From a virus, in IMG/VR virus record IMGVR_UViG_3300021476_000423, positions 32,001 through 96,000 of that record: 64,000 nt of DNA; one strand, written 5' to 3'. The notes below the pieces were generated by a model that worked only from the letters and a program-made list of their open reading frames with translations, ran no database searches and was not told the origin of the DNA. A program made the translations under genes and the position numbers. The stretch's first letter is position 1. Every line of letters begins with the position of its first letter. This document shows, one piece after another, positions 10,174 through 20,407 of this stretch.

Positions 10174-10766
10174 TTGCCCCCCACTCTAAGTAGAAAGACG
10201 GCTATCCCTATCAAAACATCGATTGTGATGGCATCACCAAAGGCACTAGACTTTTTTGTAACAATCGATACTAAGGCTCCAAAGCCAGCGATGACAAGCA
10301 TCACAAATGCCCAAATAGGAAGACCGTATATCATCTGCCCCGCCTCTCACGCATCAACTTTGCCAGAAGGTCGAGCCTATCCTTGAGGTAGGTCTGGTCG
10401 TTCTGGTTGTCTTTGAACTTCTCGTCTAGGGTTTTCAGTTGCTCATCAAGTGATGGCGGTGTGTCAACCAAGGCTCCTTCATCATATCCGGGGCCATTGT
10501 GAGTGTCATTGTAGAACTCAATATCTTCCTTTGTTTGTTCGTCTCTCTTTTCGTAGGCTGGACTGTCGCTCAAAATCTGTTGCTCCCTGCAAACATGATG
10601 GCATCTAGAACAAGTCCTACTACGACAAGAAGGAAACCAAAAATGGCTTCACCCACTCCCGGCCATAGGGGTGAGTTGAAAGCAACCCATATTAGATAGA
10701 TTCCAAATGGAACCATTGCTAAGATGCTCAAGAATATCGTCATCACGATTATGTCTGAAATTCTAC

Positions 10767-11180
10767 TCATGCCGCACCCTCTGGCTTGCCGATATTAAAG
10801 GATTCTCGACTTGCTCCATGCTTCTCAATCATGTGGTTGATTCTAGCCTCATTACTGTCTGGTTCTATCAAAACTCCGCATCGTGGGCAATGTGGGTCTG
10901 TGGTTCTTTTGCTACAGTCATCACAAAGCCAATATCCGTGAACTTCTGTCAAATGAGGTGTTTGACCGCAATTCTCGCAATTCAAACCCTTGGGACTCCC
11001 AATCTGACCAGTCGCTAACTGTTGAGCAAAATCGACTTCAACAACCTGCATTCCAAGACAATAGGCAACTCCTAGCATGGAAATCCATACTAGAACACTT
11101 GGAATACCGTAAGGGTCGTAAAAGAAACTCAACACAAACCAGAATACCGCAACTACTATCCACTTGGACGACCCCTTCAT
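10767..11180 (-). CDS. Membrane protein with C-terminal Zn fingers
   Basis: Two N-terminal TM segments; CENC, CDDC and CPRC...H...H. Confidence 0.55.
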   Translation of the reverse strand: MKGSSKWIVVAVFWFVLSFFYDPYGIPSVLVWISMLGVAYCLGMQVVEVDFAQQLATGQIGSPKGLNCENCGQTPHLTEVHGYWLCDDCSKRTTDPHCPRCGVLIEPDSNEARINHMIEKHGASRESFNIGKPEGAA

Positions 11181-11407
11181 CTACTCTTCGACCTTCTTGG
11201 GTTCTGGCTGAACCTGTCCTGCTCTACCTCTGGTCTTGGGAATGATATATCCGGCTTTTCCGGCTTGAAGGGCAGAGAGGGCTTCCACTCTGGCCTTCTT
11301 GAAGAGTTTCTGATAGGCGGCAACTCTGATGGGCGCATCGAGTTTGGTGCAACTACACGCATATTTGCCGTCGATAAAGACGTTGACAGGCATGGAGATG
11401 GTTTCAC

Positions 11408-11602
11408 TCACACTTCTCCCCTTTCGACAACAAGGTAAAGTGAGATTCCGCCATTTCTTTCCGTATCTTCAACATACTCCTTTTGGCAACGGTCTCCACA
11501 GAAGTAGAGAGCCAACTTTCCAAATTTGAAGAACTTCCTATCTTCATGAGACCCATTCTCTTCATGGACTTCCTCTCCACACCAAGCACAATTTTTAGTC
11601 AC
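11408..11602 (-). CDS. TRASH/MYM-like Zn-finger protein
   Basis: CAWC...YFCGDRC; probable GTG start at 11602. Confidence 0.5.
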   Translation of the reverse strand: MTKNCAWCGEEVHEENGSHEDRKFFKFGKLALYFCGDRCQKEYVEDTERNGGISLYLVVERGEV

Positions 11603-11984
11603 TTTTCTTCGCCTTTGTCCGGTCAGCGTCAAATGCTTCAAGTGCTTCGATGAGTTCTTCGTCGAAAATATTGAAAAGCAAATGTCCAATTGCCGCATCC
11701 TGTTCATCATGAGTTAATGCCGTTGACTGTCTTGCTTCAATCAAAGCGACATACAGAAGTTGCCCTACCCTTAGAGGTGGATACTTACTCAACACTCTGG
11801 TCAGGATTGAGAGAAAGTTGGCAAGAGTTGTGAGGTCTCTGGTGTATCCCTGCATCGCTGGCTCTCTCATAGCCACAACCTTTCTAGCCACTTTCACAGC
11901 CGTTTCGTGTATCTCTTGGTCTGAGAGGTCAGATTCAATCGGTTTGTCGTCTTGCATTGGATATCCTTCGTCTCTATCACTCAT
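11595..11984 (-). CDS. Hypothetical phage protein
   Basis: YPPLRVGQLL...LFNIFDEEL resembles a small phage family motif (PxLRxGQL). Confidence 0.5.
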   Translation of the reverse strand: MSDRDEGYPMQDDKPIESDLSDQEIHETAVKVARKVVAMREPAMQGYTRDLTTLANFLSILTRVLSKYPPLRVGQLLYVALIEARQSTALTHDEQDAAIGHLLFNIFDEELIEALEAFDADRTKAKKSD

Positions 11985-12322
11985 GATTGAGCACTTCTTT
12001 TCTTATCCAAATCTCGTAAAAGAAGACCAAGCGACCCCAAAAGAAATCCGGCTATGACTAAACATCCAAACCCAACGGAAACAGACGAAGACTCTGAAAG
12101 AGCGAACAAAGTCAAACCTAAAGCAATTTGAAGCGGATAAATGCAAATGTTGATGATTGCAAACACAATTCCAAGCGGAGTTCCAACGGCAAAAGTATTG
12201 ACCACACTTGTTGTAGAATTGAGAGACAAGAGAAAACTGATTCCCCATCCAATGATGGCCATAAGGCTTGTCCACGCCAGATACGACCCAAACATCCCAA
12301 GTTTAGTCATACACAACCTCAC
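11981..12322 (-). CDS. Multi-pass membrane protein
   Basis: Three to four hydrophobic helices; AATCTTTATT promoter-like element upstream. Confidence 0.55.
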   Translation of the reverse strand: MRLCMTKLGMFGSYLAWTSLMAIIGWGISFLLSLNSTTSVVNTFAVGTPLGIVFAIINICIYPLQIALGLTLFALSESSSVSVGFGCLVIAGFLLGSLGLLLRDLDKKRSAQS

Positions 12323-12374
12323 TCTTTGATGGGGTAAATAAAGATTCTAACCGAAAACAAGGAAAGTAGGGTCA

Positions 12375-13223
12375 CTATGCGGTGGCCCTAGCCTTTAGAC
12401 GGTAGACGGTTCCCTGACTGTCGGTGTGTATCCCTTCCAAGTAGGGTTGGAACGACTCGAAGGGTATCTTCAAGTTGTTCTCAACATAGGTCTTCAAAGT
12501 GGCTTCTGGCACTGGTTTCGAACCATTCTCTGTCCTGAAAGTCATCCAGAGAGTGAATGCGTTCAGTTTGTCAGCCGACACTTCGACAGGGGCGGTTGTT
12601 GCTTTTGCAACCGGAGTGGGTGGTGAAGGGATGGGTGGTATCGGCTCTCTCTGCTCTGGTGTCTGCGGCTTTGGAAGAGCCGCTTCAAGACTGTTGGCTC
12701 CTGCATCTCGAATATCTGAAACGATGCTCAAGTCCTTCACTTGGATGACAGGTGTAGTTCCAAGCACCTTTCCAGTCTTTCTGTCCTTGTTCTCCCTTGG
12801 GTCTTGAACCCTTCCTTTGACGGAGACGACCTTTGCGGTCAGACTCTCGCCATCTTCAAGTTTGTAACCGAAGGGCGGAAAGTCGAGAATGACTTTGGTG
12901 GTTGTATCTGAACCAAGGAGAGTCCATTTCGTTAGCCGAGTTGCGACCCTTTGTTGGCCAGCACACTTGGCGGTGGTGCACTCATAGGAGATTCCTGCCT
13001 CAACTCCTTCCTTCTTGGTGAAGCAGAAGGGGCAACCAACGTAACTTGAAGTGCCTAGCACTTTGATAACTAGGACTTCGGCTCCGTTGACCCAATCTCC
13101 TTTGTTGAGGTCACTGAGGTCTCGCTTTGGATTCATTTGGTCATACATCTGACGAACTACATCGTCAGGGAATTTGACAAGTGCGGGATATTGCTTGCGG
13201 ATTTCTTCTACGCTTGTAGTCAT
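12375..13223 (-). CDS. RPA-like single-stranded DNA-binding protein (Zn-OB fold)
   Basis: OB-like strands with YVGCPFC...C...C insert, Pro-rich linker and a small C-terminal (winged-helix-like) domain. Confidence 0.65.
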   Translation of the reverse strand: MTTSVEEIRKQYPALVKFPDDVVRQMYDQMNPKRDLSDLNKGDWVNGAEVLVIKVLGTSSYVGCPFCFTKKEGVEAGISYECTTAKCAGQQRVATRLTKWTLLGSDTTTKVILDFPPFGYKLEDGESLTAKVVSVKGRVQDPRENKDRKTGKVLGTTPVIQVKDLSIVSDIRDAGANSLEAALPKPQTPEQREPIPPIPSPPTPVAKATTAPVEVSADKLNAFTLWMTFRTENGSKPVPEATLKTYVENNLKIPFESFQPYLEGIHTDSQGTVYRLKARATA

Positions 13224-13393
13224 ACAGACCCCTCTGTTTGTGGCCTATTTAGGTGTTCTACTTGCTTTGCGACTTTGCGATTCGCAGTCTTACGAACACA
13301 ATCATCGCAGATGGGTTCCAAATGAGTTCCGAATTTCTCGTAGACGGCAGGTATTCTAATCTCGTCACAATAGTAACAGGGTTTGGCCGACAT
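13220..13393 (-). CDS. 57-aa Zn-finger protein (not in track)
   Basis: MSAKPCYYCDE...ICDDCVR; ATGA-coupled to the RPA-like gene; promoter motif at 13418-13429. Confidence 0.55.
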   Translation of the reverse strand: MSAKPCYYCDEIRIPAVYEKFGTHLEPICDDCVRKTANRKVAKQVEHLNRPQTEGSV

Positions 13394-13485
13394 TACGTCT
13401 TGCCGTTCTACACAACATTAATAAAGATTTTTGCCGTTTTCCTTGGAAGAGGCTTTAAATAGTTCGGAGGGGGTATACTATACCA

Positions 13486-14208
13486 ATGTCTGCGCCTACT
13501 GCTGGACTTGATTGGAACGCTCTGCTTCAGAAGGCCGAAAAAGCCATTGGTAAGTTTGAAGAGGGTGTGGGAAATCCGGGCGTATATTGTTCTGAAGGGC
13601 ACAAACCTGTTGAAATGGATGAAGTATTCGATAAGGGTCAGAATGGATACCAATGTAAAGCGTGTGGACGAACCGTCTTTCCAAAGACAGAGGATTTTCA
13701 CACACAAAACGAGCCACTAACTGGCATCGAAGATGTGAGAGGAGTGGAACACGCCTATTACGAGAAACAACTTGCGGAAATGGGCAAACTACTTGAGGAA
13801 GCAGAGGCTCTGATGAACCAAAAGGTCTCCCCTACTCAACCAGTCGAAGTCAGTCGCACCGAAGAATCGGAATATGGTGAATTGCTGACCCATCTTAACG
13901 AGTCAGCAGACACAGCATGGGAAGAAATGCTCAATCTCAAGTCGCTTATTGATGCTGTCAATGATGCTGTAGATTCAGGAGCGATGTCATCAAATGAAGC
14001 CGAATCACATTTGAGTTATGTCAGTCAGAAGATAGAAAGTGGTCTTCAAGCCCTTGGAAGGGGTGTTGGAATGAAAGAGAGTGAAAGCGAAGATGTAGAC
14101 AAACCAAAACCTATCTATCATGTGGCATCGCCAAGCGAGTATGCTCATGCTCTGCTAAGTCCAACTGAACTCCCAAAGAAACCTCAAGATGAGGGTGAAT
14201 CAACGTGA
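13486..14208 (+). CDS. Acidic protein with Zn ribbon (candidate virion cargo)
   Basis: TTTAAATAG box 23 nt upstream; CSEGH...CKAC; N-terminal LDW. Confidence 0.6.
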   Translation: MSAPTAGLDWNALLQKAEKAIGKFEEGVGNPGVYCSEGHKPVEMDEVFDKGQNGYQCKACGRTVFPKTEDFHTQNEPLTGIEDVRGVEHAYYEKQLAEMGKLLEEAEALMNQKVSPTQPVEVSRTEESEYGELLTHLNESADTAWEEMLNLKSLIDAVNDAVDSGAMSSNEAESHLSYVSQKIESGLQALGRGVGMKESESEDVDKPKPIYHVASPSEYAHALLSPTELPKKPQDEGEST

Positions 14209-14492
14209 GTGGAGACCAATCTTTCATTGAACGAGTTTTGAGAGACATTGCCGATATCAAAGTATCGATGGCTAGGATAGAAGCAAAAACCGAGAACATC
14301 AGTGACAGAATCGAAGTCATCAATCATAATACCACTGACAATGCTCAACGTTTGGCTATTCTTGAAAAGGCTCAAACTAGAACTACAGATTTCAGTGACT
14401 TTGCAAAAAGAGCGATGGTCACATTTGCCGGAGTAATCGGTGTTGCGGCATCGTTAGCGTTGCTTCTTAACTTTCTAGGACTTCACATCTGA
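14205..14492 (+). CDS. Coiled-coil protein with C-terminal TM helix (holin/lysis-like)
   Basis: Heptad coiled coil followed by one TM helix. Confidence 0.4.
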   Translation: MSGDQSFIERVLRDIADIKVSMARIEAKTENISDRIEVINHNTTDNAQRLAILEKAQTRTTDFSDFAKRAMVTFAGVIGVAASLALLLNFLGLHI

Positions 14493-15218
14493 GGATTTCG
14501 ACTCTTTCTTACCCTCTCTACCGCCCCTTAACGAGTATCCCAAGATACTACCTATAATCAGAGCGAGTAGTGCAATCAGCCAAGGCAAGTAGGCGTTGGC
14601 GAAGAGATTGTAAACCACTTCAGTCGTGGTAGTAGTCACTGTAGTTGGTTTCGTTACGGTGACATCCTGAGTAATGGTCTGACTTTGCACATTTGTCACC
14701 GTAGCGGTAACTATTTGGTCGTGGGTAACAGTTTGTGTTGGCCCTGTTACTGTTGCGGTAACAGTCTGAGTTTCAGTAACGGGCGGCTGAATAACTGAGA
14801 AAGTCTCAGTTTGAGTCACCGTTTGTGTGGTCGTTATAGGAACGTCTTGAATCTGAACTTGAGTCACTGTAACCGTGTTGGTTTGAGTTGCGGTCACTGT
14901 GTCACTCTGCGTAACTGTCGCTGTTGCCGTCTGTGTGACTGTTGCTGTTTGAGTTGCCGTTGTTGTTGATTGCGGCACTAACACCTGAATAACGAAACAC
15001 CACGCTCCACTCGGAACTTTGAAGGGGTCGTTATAAGCAACGTGCCACATACCATTGGCGTTGATGGTGGCTGTCCCAAGGGTAGTCGAATAGCCAGAGC
15101 ACCCGCCTTGCCATGCGGAAGCAGGAATCACCAGTAGGAAGGCGAGAGCAAAAAGACTCACTACAACAGCAACCGAAAGTCTTCGTGCGCTTTTCTCTGT
15201 TACTCCGAATTTCATCAA
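14475..15218 (-). CDS. Secreted Thr-rich, membrane-anchored surface protein
   Basis: Signal peptide ending ASA, long TxTVT low-complexity stalk, C-terminal TM helix and charged tail. Confidence 0.75.
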   Translation of the reverse strand: MMKFGVTEKSARRLSVAVVVSLFALAFLLVIPASAWQGGCSGYSTTLGTATINANGMWHVAYNDPFKVPSGAWCFVIQVLVPQSTTTATQTATVTQTATATVTQSDTVTATQTNTVTVTQVQIQDVPITTTQTVTQTETFSVIQPPVTETQTVTATVTGPTQTVTHDQIVTATVTNVQSQTITQDVTVTKPTTVTTTTTEVVYNLFANAYLPWLIALLALIIGSILGYSLRGGREGKKESKSSDVKS

Positions 15219-15442
15219 CGACCCTTCGTTAGTAGGCTATATAAAGATTTATGCTGTTTTGGGAAGTCTGTGTCGTTCCCATGCTATCCACCAAGTTACA
15301 GCAACAGTCCCTACTATCTGTGAAGCGACCATCCATTCTTTGATGCTAGTTATATCGAAAACATAGAGAAGCACAAGTATCCAACCAAGTGTTAGAGCCA
15401 TTATCTCAATAACGACTTGACCATCAAGGTAGGATTTCTCAT

Positions 15443-15826
15443 TCAAATAAACCACACCACCAACCGCACCTTTCCTTCGCCATAGAGTTCATCGAGAACT
15501 CCCATGAAAGCGAAGACTATTGGCCACCCCTTTTTGAGTTCCTTAATCTCAAAAACTTGGGCTATCTCAGTGGGAGTGATGTAGGTCTCAAAATGAGCCG
15601 ACTTTCCATCTGCCTTATGCGCTTCTTCAACCTCTTCAGAGAGGTCATCAGGAAGACCCCGATTGTTGGCAATAGGTTTGGCTGGCTTCTTGAGATAGTG
15701 GTCGTCTACACCAAAGAGGATACTGGTGACATCGGGGGCTTGGCCGACCAGAGCGCCAATGCGAAGCGTTGGATGCCAAATGAGTGCTTCATCCAAAACT
15801 TCCACGAATCCGCGAACAATCTTCAA
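15443..15826 (-). CDS. Hypothetical phage protein
   Basis: NRGLPDDLS...VRLVVWF resembles a widespread phage family. Confidence 0.5.
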   Translation of the reverse strand: MKIVRGFVEVLDEALIWHPTLRIGALVGQAPDVTSILFGVDDHYLKKPAKPIANNRGLPDDLSEEVEEAHKADGKSAHFETYITPTEIAQVFEIKELKKGWPIVFAFMGVLDELYGEGKVRLVVWFI

Positions 15827-15903
15827 ATCGCCTCTCGTCAGTGGGACGAAATCGGGGTTTATAAAGGTTAGGTCGGAAAAAAAGTGGATGGCTTAGTAGT
15901 CGT

Positions 15904-16146
15904 CTAAGCCAACATACGTTTCACGAAGCCAGTCGCAAACCCAAGAGTCGCACCTGCGGCTCCTAGAGGGACTGCGGCTCCTGAGACAAATGGGACTGCT
16001 GGAAGTCCCGCATAGCCAGTGAAAAGCGAGATTGCTCCCGCAACCACCGACCCGACTATGCCCCCTGCGGCAGTCGCAAGGGCAGTTTGTCCAAGGAACT
16101 TGGCCTCAGACGCTAGGTATGCCTTCACTTCTGCTGAAGATACCAT
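15904..16146 (-). CDS. Small Ala/Gly-rich hydrophobic protein
   Basis: Own TTTAAGTAG box upstream and oligo-T tract downstream (15877-15883). Confidence 0.55.
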   Translation of the reverse strand: MVSSAEVKAYLASEAKFLGQTALATAAGGIVGSVVAGAISLFTGYAGLPAVPFVSGAAVPLGAAGATLGFATGFVKRMLA

Positions 16147-16208
16147 AGGAATAGGGTCGAGTTTATCCTACTTAAAGATTAAGGACAAAAGATATACCCT
16201 ATATCCCC

Positions 16209-17822
16209 TTAGAGGGTGGCTTTGAGGGTCAGATACCGCTTTTCTGGACAGTAGGAGAATGGGATAGACAATCTAAGTGGTGTCTTCTTGGTCGAGTATT
16301 CCTCTGGAATGTCGGGCCGTCCTTTGATGCCGAGTGCCTTAATCACTTGCTCAACGGGCCAACTCTCTTCGAGCACTTCAAACTCAAGGTCGTCAATCAC
16401 ATTGTCCATCAGATGGAGTTCTGTCCTGTCTGATTCCTCACCCCTATACCAGATGAATCCAAATCCCTCCGCCATGATGTCCATGTCTTCCTGCTCGAAA
16501 TTGTCGCTAATCTCATCGCCATAGTCACCCTCATGAGTGATGTCTGGCACTTTGAAGAAGAAATTGATGCTCTTGTCGGCTCCAACTACCACCATAACTT
16601 TCTCATTCTCATCGTTGAGATAGCCAGTTACATCTCCGGTGCTGGCAGTCGGTGTGACGGGGTGCATATGGACAGTCCCGATGAGTTGTTCCCCTTCGTG
16701 AAGTTGCTCGTTGGGTTCAAGCACAATCTCCCTATCCTTGCCAAACTGTTCACCGACTACCCCTATCTTCCCATGCTCGGCCACGATAAGGAATCCACCT
16801 GCTTCATTGTCATTGGTGACAGAGTATTCAATCATCATCATGAGGTCGTTGTAGAGGCGTTCTGGTATCTCAATTTTATCGGGCAACTCCACACCATCAG
16901 CAGTGTAGGTCTGTGGTTTCATGTGAATCTGAGAATCATCGTCGTCGGTTGGCTCTTTCTCTCCTGTCTCTGGCTCTGGAAGTTTGGGGTCAGGATTCAA
17001 CTCCTTGTCAGGATTGCTAGGGTCTGGTTCTTCTATTTTCTCAGGATACAATCGGGACTTTGGAATTTTTCCTGTGCCATGACACTCTGAACAAGTGCCA
17101 ATATGATGTCCCATTATACGAGACGGTTCTCCTGTTCCATGACACCACGGACAATCTATCATTTCTTGGTCAGGTTCTTTCTTGGTTTGGCCTTTGTCGA
17201 GAATCTTCACGGCTCCCGGCTCAAAAGTAGGGTCGGGCACTGATTTCGCTTCACCAGTCTTTCCAAGTGGAATCTCACCACCCTTCTGAGCATTAGGGCT
17301 GACGGCCTCTTTTAACTTCCAAGTCTCGCCACAATCGTTACAAAGTCCGATGGTTGTGCCAGTTTGACTCTTGGTCTTCTTGGTGTTGTCAGAATTGCAC
17401 CGTGGACAAGTGCCGCCATAATTCTTTCCTGCTTCTTCCTTCGGCTCATCAAGTTCATTGCCCCTATAACCACAAGCCGAACAGTAGATGTCTCCCGTAT
17501 TAAGGTCTATTGAAGCAAGGTCATATTGGCACTCTGGACAAGAAGTCGTATCTCCATTCTCATCGTCTTGTTCTGGTTTACTTGGATTGGTCTTGTCATC
17601 ACAAGATTGGCAGAGCGTAATTCCGCCGGGTATCGGATGTGCTCCTTTCTCACCACAAAGTTCGCAGTAATCTCCCTGTGGGTCACTCTCCTCTTTCAAA
17701 GCAAGGTCTACAGAAGGTTCGGGGTCGTCGAGATAGCCATTGGCATCAGCCCATTTTTCTAACATCCAGTCACTTTTGGTTTTCTTCATCTTCTTAGCCA
17801 TGAGAGTAATGTAATCAACCAT
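16209..17822 (-). CDS. Acidic multi-Zn-ribbon protein with C-terminal JAB/MPN+ metalloprotease domain
   Basis: JAMM motif NEAGGFL...HMHP...STGD; several CxxC pairs including DnaJ-like CxxCxGxG repeats. Confidence 0.75.
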   Translation of the reverse strand: MVDYITLMAKKMKKTKSDWMLEKWADANGYLDDPEPSVDLALKEESDPQGDYCELCGEKGAHPIPGGITLCQSCDDKTNPSKPEQDDENGDTTSCPECQYDLASIDLNTGDIYCSACGYRGNELDEPKEEAGKNYGGTCPRCNSDNTKKTKSQTGTTIGLCNDCGETWKLKEAVSPNAQKGGEIPLGKTGEAKSVPDPTFEPGAVKILDKGQTKKEPDQEMIDCPWCHGTGEPSRIMGHHIGTCSECHGTGKIPKSRLYPEKIEEPDPSNPDKELNPDPKLPEPETGEKEPTDDDDSQIHMKPQTYTADGVELPDKIEIPERLYNDLMMMIEYSVTNDNEAGGFLIVAEHGKIGVVGEQFGKDREIVLEPNEQLHEGEQLIGTVHMHPVTPTASTGDVTGYLNDENEKVMVVVGADKSINFFFKVPDITHEGDYGDEISDNFEQEDMDIMAEGFGFIWYRGEESDRTELHLMDNVIDDLEFEVLEESWPVEQVIKALGIKGRPDIPEEYSTKKTPLRLSIPFSYCPEKRYLTLKATL

Positions 17823-17856
17823 ACTAGAGAAGATAGGGCTTCGGCAGTATTTAAGC

Positions 17857-18570
17857 CTACAGCATCGTATCGGGAGACTTCAAGAACAGCCGCCAATCAA
17901 TGGGTTCTGGTTTGCGCTCGTAGAGTTTGAGAAAGCGTTTGGTGTATTGGTCAGGATGGGTGGCTTGTCGCAGAATCTCTGGCAAGTCCATTGAAGGGTC
18001 GATAGGAACCTTCCATCTTGGCAATGAAGGATGGTCGGGGTCTACAGAATGTTTGGTGAGTGTAGTGCGACAAATGCGGTCTAATGAGAGAAAGGCTTTC
18101 TTGTCAAGCAGATATTGGAACCAAGTCGAGAAGACGGCGAACATCCTTTCTCGATACTGCCGCAACTCACCCATCGTAGTTGGTGTGATGTGGAGATAGA
18201 TATGGAACCCTTTGCCACCAGAGAAGAAGAGTTCGAGATGTGGCCAAAACATCTTGTAGAAGAGTTGACCCCTACTCCAAATGGCTTCAAAGGTATCCTT
18301 CTCACCAGTGATAGGGTTCGTTCTTATGTCGATATCGATGAAGATGCGGTCAACCGTCACTGCATCCTTCTGGTCTACGGGCCAAGTCTTGCTCACTAGA
18401 GGAGTGTAGAAGGGAAAGTAGGTGTCTTTTGTTTCCATGATGTGCTCTAGGTTATACTGGTATAAGTCGGCTTTGGTCTGAACTAGGGTTCGCTCCACTC
18501 CGACTTGGGCAGGAAGCACCCTAACGTCTCTGTCCCAATAGAGCCTACTTAACTCAATTAGACTGGTCAA
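17857..18570 (-). CDS. priS: Archaeo-eukaryotic primase catalytic subunit
   Basis: FIDID, FSGGKGFHIY and DRICR motifs. Confidence 0.85.
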   Translation of the reverse strand: MTSLIELSRLYWDRDVRVLPAQVGVERTLVQTKADLYQYNLEHIMETKDTYFPFYTPLVSKTWPVDQKDAVTVDRIFIDIDIRTNPITGEKDTFEAIWSRGQLFYKMFWPHLELFFSGGKGFHIYLHITPTTMGELRQYRERMFAVFSTWFQYLLDKKAFLSLDRICRTTLTKHSVDPDHPSLPRWKVPIDPSMDLPEILRQATHPDQYTKRFLKLYERKPEPIDWRLFLKSPDTML

Positions 18571-19993
18571 GGGCGTATCTAATCGATTTGAGGTTGATGG
18601 CCTTCAGTTGTTCAACATAGACTTTGGCTTGCTCTAGGATGTCCTGTGTCACCACTTCCAGCATATCACTCATGCCACTTATCTCTATGCCAGCCAACCT
18701 TGGAAGATTGTCAACAACTGCCATGTTGATAGCCCCACCCCTTGTGTGAGGGTAGGAATGGGCATAGTGAGCCAGAAGAAATGACCTAACTTCTATGATT
18801 TCGCATGGCTCAATCTCGTCATAGAGACTCCTCTCGTAGAGAGGTTGTCGAGTGAACTCTTTGATGGTCGGCTGATTCCAAAACTTCTGCAAAGTCACTG
18901 TCGCTCTCTCTTCCATCGCCCTATAGGTCTCAATCAGATTCTTTCTCTCAACATCGTCCAACCCCTCTGACCCTGCCTTGTCCTTTACTGGCGTATAGTC
19001 ATTGTATGCGATAATCCCAAATCTGCGTCCCATCGCATATGAGTTCCTGCATAGGTGGGCAAGAATATCTCGCATCACCGATGTATGACTTCCCGATAAT
19101 GCCAATGGATTGGCTGTCGCTATGAATGGGCAAGCCGCAACTATGCGTATGGTTGCGCCCCCTGCTCCTGACAATGACCATCCCTGCTCCAACAATGTCA
19201 TAAGAAGTCCTGCCACGTTCTCTACTGCCAGACTCTCTATCTGCTCTATGGTGAGCGCATAGTGCTGATTGTCAAACAACCCTCTTGCTATGTCGTCTGT
19301 CCACTTGGCCGTTCCAATCAATGTGTTCTTTGTCGTCTTGTCATACCTTGACCCTACGATGTCATAGAACGAAGTTTTGCCAGTGTTAGGTGGCGTTATG
19401 ATGAGAGTATGGGGCTGATATTTCATCACATAGCCATAGGGAATAGCCGCCTTATAGACCGTCTTCAGATTATCATCTGTCTCTCCCTTGTAGGAGATGA
19501 TGTTAGTCACCAAGTCCAACCAGTCTTGAGTTGGCTTCATTGTCCCATAATCGAGATACTTGTTTAGTAGTTGCTCATCAAAGTGGAAAGAGGTCTCAAA
19601 GGTATAGGTAGACAAATCATCCCACTCTTCTATGCGGGGGTCTCTCTCCTGCCCAACCTTCTTGAGAATGTATAGCCTCTCATCTCTATCGAAGATTCCA
19701 TCCAGACGAGAAGGCAAAACTCTGGCCAACGGTAATGAGGTCTTCTTGCTATGGATAACATTCTTGGTGTCTAGAATGTAGGCTGGCGGCGTGGTTGTGG
19801 ATACCATTCCCCTATACAACTTAGCCCCCAAGTTGGCCACAACACCCTCTGGCGTATCATCAAAATCCACTCTCTGATACATCGGCTCAATCATCTCAAA
19901 AACATTGAGCGCCTTGCCCATTTTGGCGTTATTTCCGTTATGACCGTTATTATCTTGGCCCGACAAATTCAACACCCATTGGATTCTGCTCAA
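18554..19993 (-). CDS. MCM-like AAA+ helicase (divergent)
   Basis: Walker A PPNTGKTS, atypical Walker B TIEQIE, sensor-1 IATANP and Arg finger RRF; lies between primase and PolB. Confidence 0.7.
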   Translation of the reverse strand: MSRIQWVLNLSGQDNNGHNGNNAKMGKALNVFEMIEPMYQRVDFDDTPEGVVANLGAKLYRGMVSTTTPPAYILDTKNVIHSKKTSLPLARVLPSRLDGIFDRDERLYILKKVGQERDPRIEEWDDLSTYTFETSFHFDEQLLNKYLDYGTMKPTQDWLDLVTNIISYKGETDDNLKTVYKAAIPYGYVMKYQPHTLIITPPNTGKTSFYDIVGSRYDKTTKNTLIGTAKWTDDIARGLFDNQHYALTIEQIESLAVENVAGLLMTLLEQGWSLSGAGGATIRIVAACPFIATANPLALSGSHTSVMRDILAHLCRNSYAMGRRFGIIAYNDYTPVKDKAGSEGLDDVERKNLIETYRAMEERATVTLQKFWNQPTIKEFTRQPLYERSLYDEIEPCEIIEVRSFLLAHYAHSYPHTRGGAINMAVVDNLPRLAGIEISGMSDMLEVVTQDILEQAKVYVEQLKAINLKSIRYALDQSN

Positions 19994-20198
19994 ATTTCGC
20001 TAAGTTACCTTGATTGACCTGATGCGTATGAGTTCCCTTCACATCAGCATAACACAACGGACATTGACCGTTAATCATCTGAATGAACAAAGTGCTACCC
20101 TTCCACTGATGTTTGATGTATTTCAACTTTCTTTCTAGCCGCCTCATTGCTTCTTGGTCGTGAGCAAAGTTGAGTTTGTCTTGATTGGCGATTTTCAT
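19950..20198 (-). CDS. LANQ-motif small protein
   Basis: MKIANQDKLNFA; CPLC...HTH. Confidence 0.65.
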   Translation of the reverse strand: MKIANQDKLNFAHDQEAMRRLERKLKYIKHQWKGSTLFIQMINGQCPLCYADVKGTHTHQVNQGNLAKFEQNPMGVEFVGPR

Positions 20199-20407
20199 GT
20201 GAATTCACTTTCATCGGTTGTAACGATAGAAATTCCATCAAACGATAAGGCTTGACCTTTTAGTTCGAAAAGCCAATTGAGCCAAAGTCGTGTTGTTTCA
20301 TTTATGATAAGAGAATGATAAGGTGCATTGAACTCTTGCCACTGCTTAACGACTTCATCCCAATCAATTTGAGCATTGTCCAACTGCTGTTGGTTGGCGA
20401 ATTCCAT
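20195..20407 (-). CDS. LANQ-motif small protein
   Basis: MEFANQQQLDNA; TAATG coupling to the PolB stop. Confidence 0.65.
   Translation of the reverse strand: MEFANQQQLDNAQIDWDEVVKQWQEFNAPYHSLIINETTRLWLNWLFELKGQALSFDGISIVTTDESEFT

Noticed and set aside
14620-14970. Repetitive DNA resembling a tandem array or CRISPR
   Set aside because: It is the low-complexity Thr/Val/Gln coding stalk, with no fixed repeat-spacer period.
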